Positions 55,123 to 64,000 of a DNA stretch of 64,000 bases are shown here, in pieces. Each line of letters begins with the position of its first letter. The first letter of the stretch is position 1. The notes beneath the pieces were generated by a model. That model was given only the letters and a program-made list of their open reading frames with translations. It was not told the DNA's origin and did not search any database. The position numbers and the translations under genes are program-made. This stretch comes from the human T2T-CHM13v2.0 reference genome, Homo sapiens: the NCBI RefSeq assembly GCF_009914755.1, contig NC_060928.1. One strand, 5' to 3'.

Positions 55123-56849
55123 TCGTGCTTTTAACCTTTAAGTATACTGCCTCTCAAAAGCATTGAAGCATTTTTCATGAAAATGGGTTCTGTAATTAAT
55201 ATGACATTTTAAATTATGTATTTCTTATAATACAAGAAATGATATATTGCATGCACATATCAGTTATTTATAGTGAAATTATAGTTATATTATAGTGAAA
55301 TTTAAAGTAAAACATGCATAAATAATTTTTATAAAAACCTACATAAATAATTCTTCCAAAAGAAATCAGAGAAATGTAGTTAAACTGTAGAAAATATAAG
55401 GAATTTCCCCAGAGATTTGATATATTTGAATGATTTGGTATATGATTATGAATGATTTTCTAAGGGGTAAATCACTCTTAGGAGAGATTAGATTGCTGGA
55501 GCACTAGAAGGGAGATTAGAATGAGCTTCTGTAACCTACTTCTGGAGCTTAATTGTCATCTGATCATAGAGACAATCATTAACTCAGCAACCCATTACCA
55601 AAGCAATCTCATTATTGTTGATGGTTTCTTTATGAAGCTATGGACCGCTTCAGAAAAACATACACAATTAAATGTATGCCAAATTCTTCTTACGACATGC
55701 ATTTTATAGCATTGTAAATTGATTACCCTTGAATAAACAGCACTTAAAAAAGCAACTGTCAAAATAAGTTTGCTTTCTTATTTAAAAATTAATGGCTATC
55801 AATGTTAAAAATACATATTCTCATACAAGTAAACTTTATTTTCACAAATTTCACAGAGTGATTATATTTAGCTTAAATAAAAATTAAAATTATATCATGA
55901 TCTTTGTCAAGTTGCTATGCATAGCATCTTTAACATAAAATTTCTTCCCGTGATCTGATTTTTAATGCAAGAATGCCTCTGTACTACGAGTAGAAAAGTT
56001 GGGTTTCTTAGTAATATTAGTAAAGTAAGAAAGTATATCATATTTAACTGCCTATGATGGGATTCCATTATTCTGTGGTAAAGATATTACTATCCTCTTT
56101 TTACAAGTGACAAAACTGAGGCTGAGACATCTTAATAACTCAAGAGTCCATGCAGTACAGGTTTATGGATTCTGTAAAAAAACAGAACGTATACTTTTCT
56201 TTAAAGGTAAAAATAACAACTTTAGTGCCTATTGTATGTCTGGCACTATGCTGGGTGCTTTATTTAATGTATTTTAATACATTATTTCAGGCTCAAGGTA
56301 ATTAGTATTGTCACTGCCATGTATCTAAGAAAAAATGAGCCTTTTAGAAGTAAAGAGACTTAACCCAAATCACAGCTAGTCAATAGCAGAGCCTCGATCT
56401 GGGCTGGGAGATATATTTCTCCTTGATCCTCTTGTGCTCCTATACCTCCTCTAGCTTGTATGCCAAGACTGCAAAGCTCTAATCATTCTTTCATCTGAGC
56501 CATTTTCCAGGGTTGTTTATGCAGCTGATAATTTTGAGAGATGAGAACATCTTTCAAAGAGAAGGCTTGCTTACAGCTTGCTATAAAAGTAGTGGATTCC
56601 CAAAGTCAGTAGTAGAGAGTTAAATGTACATGGAGTATCATATCAGGGAAACAAACTCTAGTTTTCCTTTATAAGAATTAATAGACAATTTCAAATATTT
56701 TAAAAATCAAGCATGATATTACAGCAACTTAAGTATATGAATGTGAGTGGTAGACAAATAGCTAAACAAAGGCTACCTCTCTGACAAGCCAGAACTGGGT
56801 GTAAGGATGGGCAGGGCAAAAGTACAACTGTTTTTTATATGTTTTATAG

Positions 56850-57148
<299 letters not shown>

Positions 57149-57611
57149 AAAACTGTGTGAACTTTTAAGTGACATTCATGAATTATATAAAGATTTGTGG
57201 TTAAATTAATATTCAGTGTTTACATGTTATAAATATGTAATTCTTGCTCCTGATTAAGCTTGGTAGTTTGTTATAGCACTTGTATAACTTTTTGTTATAT
57301 ATAACATATATATACACACATATATATAACATATATAACATATATAAACACTTAAGTAATAATTATGTTACAAATTTCATAAAATTTTAAATATATTTAA
57401 GAATGAGACACTAAAAACTATCTGGAGCTCAGTTAGTAGCAGATGGCTCATTGAGTAATGGTCTTGACTGTAGGATAGTAATATGGCTGCTCAGAGGTTC
57501 TCCAAATGCCAGAATGTGTAGATCTTTTCTCTTAGGCAAATTAGTTTTCCAGATACATATATATCTATATATCTAAGACAGATATAAATGCCATATAACT
57601 AAGAGGAAAAA

Positions 57612-57790
57612 AATATGTGTGTATATATATGTGTGTGTGTGTGTATATATACATATAGATGTATATGAAAAAATATATGTGTGTGTATATATATGTGTGT
57701 GTATATGTGTGTATACATATGTGTGTGTATATGTGTGTGTATATATACATGTGTGTGTATGTGTGTATGTGTATATATGTGTATATATAT
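57612..57790. repeat. Compound (TG/TA)n microsatellite
   Basis: ~180 bp of nearly continuous alternating purine-pyrimidine. Confidence 0.9.
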
Positions 57791-60369
57791 AACAAATAGG
57801 GAAACTAACTTGCCTAAGAGAAAAGATCTACAGATTCTGGCATTTGGAGAAACTCTGGACAGCCATATTGCCTATACCTGTATCTATAAGGTATAATCTA
57901 TCTGTATATCTATCTATATCTATATCTATATCTGTATCTATATGTATCATCTGTATTCTTGTCTACTGCTCAGTGGAAGAAGTTTAAGTCTGCCTTTCAG
58001 CATTTTAGGGCCAGCAAGGGGTCCTGTCATTCTTATTTTGTTGGTATGATGCCTCATGACAGGTAGCAGTTGTGCCTGAAACCCCTATGCCTAAAGCTTT
58101 TGAAAGAGCCTCTCCAGCATTTTCTGTCCTCTTGCTTCCTGCTTAGTTCAAAAGGTAAAAAGGGCAGTCCCTAACCTGAGTGCATGGGAAGGAAATCAGG
58201 AATAGAGGGTCCACTTGTCCTACAAAGCTTAAATAAATTATACTCCTCTTAGATCTCTTCTGGCCTCTACTTTCTGAAGTCCCAGGTGCTTTACATTTCT
58301 AAAAATTTGAAAATATTAATTATTCTCTTCCTTTTGAATTCCCCTATGTTGACGTAGGTTTCCACTATCTCTGTCTAAGTCAGTTTTCACAAGTGCATTC
58401 ATTTTTAAGTTTCCTAAACATGTTATCACTCATCTGTTGCTGTTTTTTCCCCATTACTTTCATCCTCCTGTGTGTTAACGACATTTTTATTCTTTATTCC
58501 GTTTATTTCCTTTTTTTAATGGGGTTTCAGAGGAAATACAGATAAATATGTAAGTTCAATTAGTCGTCTTTGCAAGGACCTTCTTCTTCTTTCTTTAAAA
58601 AAGCAGGAAAGCCAGATCTCTCATGAAACATAACAGATGCTCCATTTGTAAATTCAACAAGATTTTTTCTTTTTCTAGCACAATTTTTGTTAACAAAGAA
58701 ACTGAAGATATGAAGCATTTGAAGATTTCAAAGTCCTGTGAGATTTTCAAAAACAACTCAGAAAAAATTAAGTTTTGGATTGTGCAAGCCAGGATATAGC
58801 AAACAAAATCTAGGAGCCGAGAGACCATCTGTTTCATTTGAATTCATACTGAAAGACAAAAGATGCATTTCTAAATTATTTCATACCTTTCTTCAAAATA
58901 TTAGAAGAAATGTGAGCAATTCATAATGGATGATGTCATTTATAAGAGACAAAATTCCAGTTTTATTCCAATACTTTATGACAGAAAATACTTGAGCATT
59001 TCCAGGGGACATAGTAGCAAGATCTCATTAATTGTATTTAAATTATTTAAGTGTTCAATATAATAAATTTAGTATTCTTTAATATAATGCATTTGAATGG
59101 GCACAGTTAAGGGTTTTAGTACAACTGTCATCTTGAAATCTTCTTAATAACAAGATCTATCCTATTTGACAAATTTTTAGGATGGACGGAATTAAGCGCT
59201 TTTGTCTTTGATGACATATTGTTAGTAAGAAGCCTCTCAAACAAAAAGTAGTCTAGGTTTTATATTCTATTTTGCTCAATGATCAGGGAAATACTAAAAG
59301 CTCAGTAGTGTGTTCTTTGTGTTGACTTTCTCCAACTCCAATAAGACTTAAAATAAACAAATACATGTTGATAATCATGTAAGATATGTTACATACAAAC
59401 ACACACAACTACAATAAATAATCTAGATATTCTATCTTTGCAAAATGACTATTCCATGCTACCTGGTGATATATTTTTGCAACCTATGCAACCCCAAATC
59501 TGTCTGAAGTGAAACAGTACTTCAAAATATAATTAAAAATAAAATGACACCTTTTACAAAAATAATTTTTAACTTAGCAGGAAAGAATGAAATTTATTTT
59601 ATTTATACCCTGTCATGGGTCCCCTGATAATATTCTTGAGCCCACAGCACAGAGGAGTGAAGAATCATGACCTCATGTTAAGAGACTTTATAACTTAAAA
59701 TATATGTGTTTAATTCATAAGTGATACATAACTTGTTATGAAAAATTCAAACAATATAAAATTACATATAGCAAAATGTACAGTTCCCCTTTATTCCTGC
59801 CCAAATTCCACTATTCCTATTCATTTCTAAATTGTTTGGGGTTCGTCTAAACTTCTTCTATAGACATATATATGTATATTTTTACATACATAGCTATGCA
59901 TATATATATTTGTGTGTGTGTGTATATATATATGTATATATATATATATGCCTTAAAAATATACAAAACATTTTTCTTGAACTGAAATATATCATGTAGG
60001 CTTACACTCAGGTCTATCTCATGCAAGTTATTTCATAATATGGGGTTATTACTGTGTTCAGTCATGTTCTTATTAGTGAACATATATAGGCCCTTTTTTG
60101 TTGCTATTTCAGTGTTTCAGTGGGTGTCTTTGTAAAAGATATCTTATGTACACATACATATGTAATTTAGATTCCTAGAAATAGAAATGCTGAATTGAAG
60201 GATAAATGAGTTTCATATTTTTATATATCTTGACAAATCCTCTTCCCAGTTAACATCAAGTCATGTGACCACAGAAGGGCTATTAGACAGCTCGAAATCT
60301 TACCGGTCTCATTAACTTCTGTCAATGCATTTATAAAAAAAGTTATCTCATTTGTTTCTTTCATTTTCC

Positions 60370-62670
<2,301 letters not shown>

Positions 62671-64000
62671 AGATTCTTGCTATCTTTTGATATTTAGTGG
62701 TGGGGCGGGGTTGGGGGAGGGGTGGATTTTTGGTAATTTTTTTAAAAGGTGCAAAATTATCTTGCATAGACCTGGAATTCACCATTAATTTACTCATCCA
62801 TATGGGAATATAGGGCTTATTAGTGGTGGAACCTGAAATCTTCCTTTGTGCCATATGTAGCAGTTAATCACTCAAGATTATATTAGTACATATTAGTTGT
62901 TTCTCAGAATTCTGATGAAAGGGTCAATTCACAATAGAGTGATGTCACCCTGTCACTTTTAGAAATCAATAAATCTATGGAAAAGAAATCTGTTCACATG
63001 AACTAGGTAAATGTGAAAAGCAGACATAATGTATTGGGATGCAGAGATGAAGAGCAGACATGGGATAAAGCATTATTTATAAAACCACTTTGCAGAAAAA
63101 AACATTTTCAAAATCACTAAGCTATTAAGATTACATTTTAGAATCCTACTATTTTATCCCTGATATTGGGCATATGAACTCCAAATCAAATACCCCCATT
63201 CCTGATGAGAAGGAAAGTTTACAAAAGAGAAGATAAGAGAGAGATAAAACAGAATGAATTAATTTTAAGCCTAAGACCTCAATATTAAGCCTACCTTGAT
63301 ACCTTTTAAAACATGATACTGGTGAAAAAAGTATTTAAATATTTGGCTCTTGCTAGAAGTATAACATATTCTCCCTCTTCTAAGAGACATGACATGAATT
63401 CTGTTCTTACGTCCTGTTCTTCACAACTAAACTAAATTAGAAAAACAATTATGGAAAATTTTTAAATAATCACTATTTTAGAAGATTTTTTCAGATGTGA
63501 CAAAGATCATCAAATATATCATGTAAGTAGCTATTTACTGACTCTACATTTGTTTCATATTTAATGAACTGCCAAAGTTAAGTGAATCCTAGAGTTCAAC
63601 TGTCAAAAATTTTTATTAGTGTTTATTGTTTGGTATTAATTATTATTCAATATTGGGTTTTTTTTAATGCTATACACTTTTCTGATAAGTCAATAATTAG
63701 GAACATAAATGTAAATAAGGTCTTTTCCAGGGATTGTGATTAAGGTTTTGTCATCCATTTTCACATAATACAGTGATTTTTTTTCTTCCCTGCCTTGTTC
63801 AAAGTTTATTAACAAATCATCACTTTGCAGCATGTTAGAAAGGATGAAACTTGAACAGTTAGGGCAAAAATGCAAAAGAATGACCAGAGAAGCTCAAGGA
63901 TATTTTTAAAAAACAACACATATACCTGAAAAATAATCTATGTAGAATGTATCTCAGATGAGAAACCTAAACATTTCTTAACCTATAAATATTTAAAGAA

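Overview
Great-ape (most likely human) genomic DNA from inside the glycine receptor alpha-3 gene (GLRA3, minus strand). Three coding exons can be read directly: 83 nt at 51343-51425 (Cys-loop), 138 nt at 20476-20613 (loop-C region, includes the Pro185 editing codon) and 215 nt at 14752-14966 (TM1-TM2). All have canonical GT-AG sites and join in one reading frame. The rest is AT-rich intron filled with transposable elements: 16 Alus, an SVA nested in a 5'-inverted (twin-primed) L1, a near full-length Tigger1, a Charlie/hAT remnant, MaLR LTRs, a MADE1, L2/MIR/CR1 fragments and microsatellites. I found no new multi-gene system. The two most unusual structures are (i) a diverged ~270-bp second copy of the L1 inversion junction pasted into a neighbouring L1, and (ii) a ~610-bp polyadenylated insert (probable 3'UTR retrocopy) that shares its target site with an Alu, leaving three copies of the target sequence. 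Repeat subfamily calls are by eye and need RepeatMasker confirmation.
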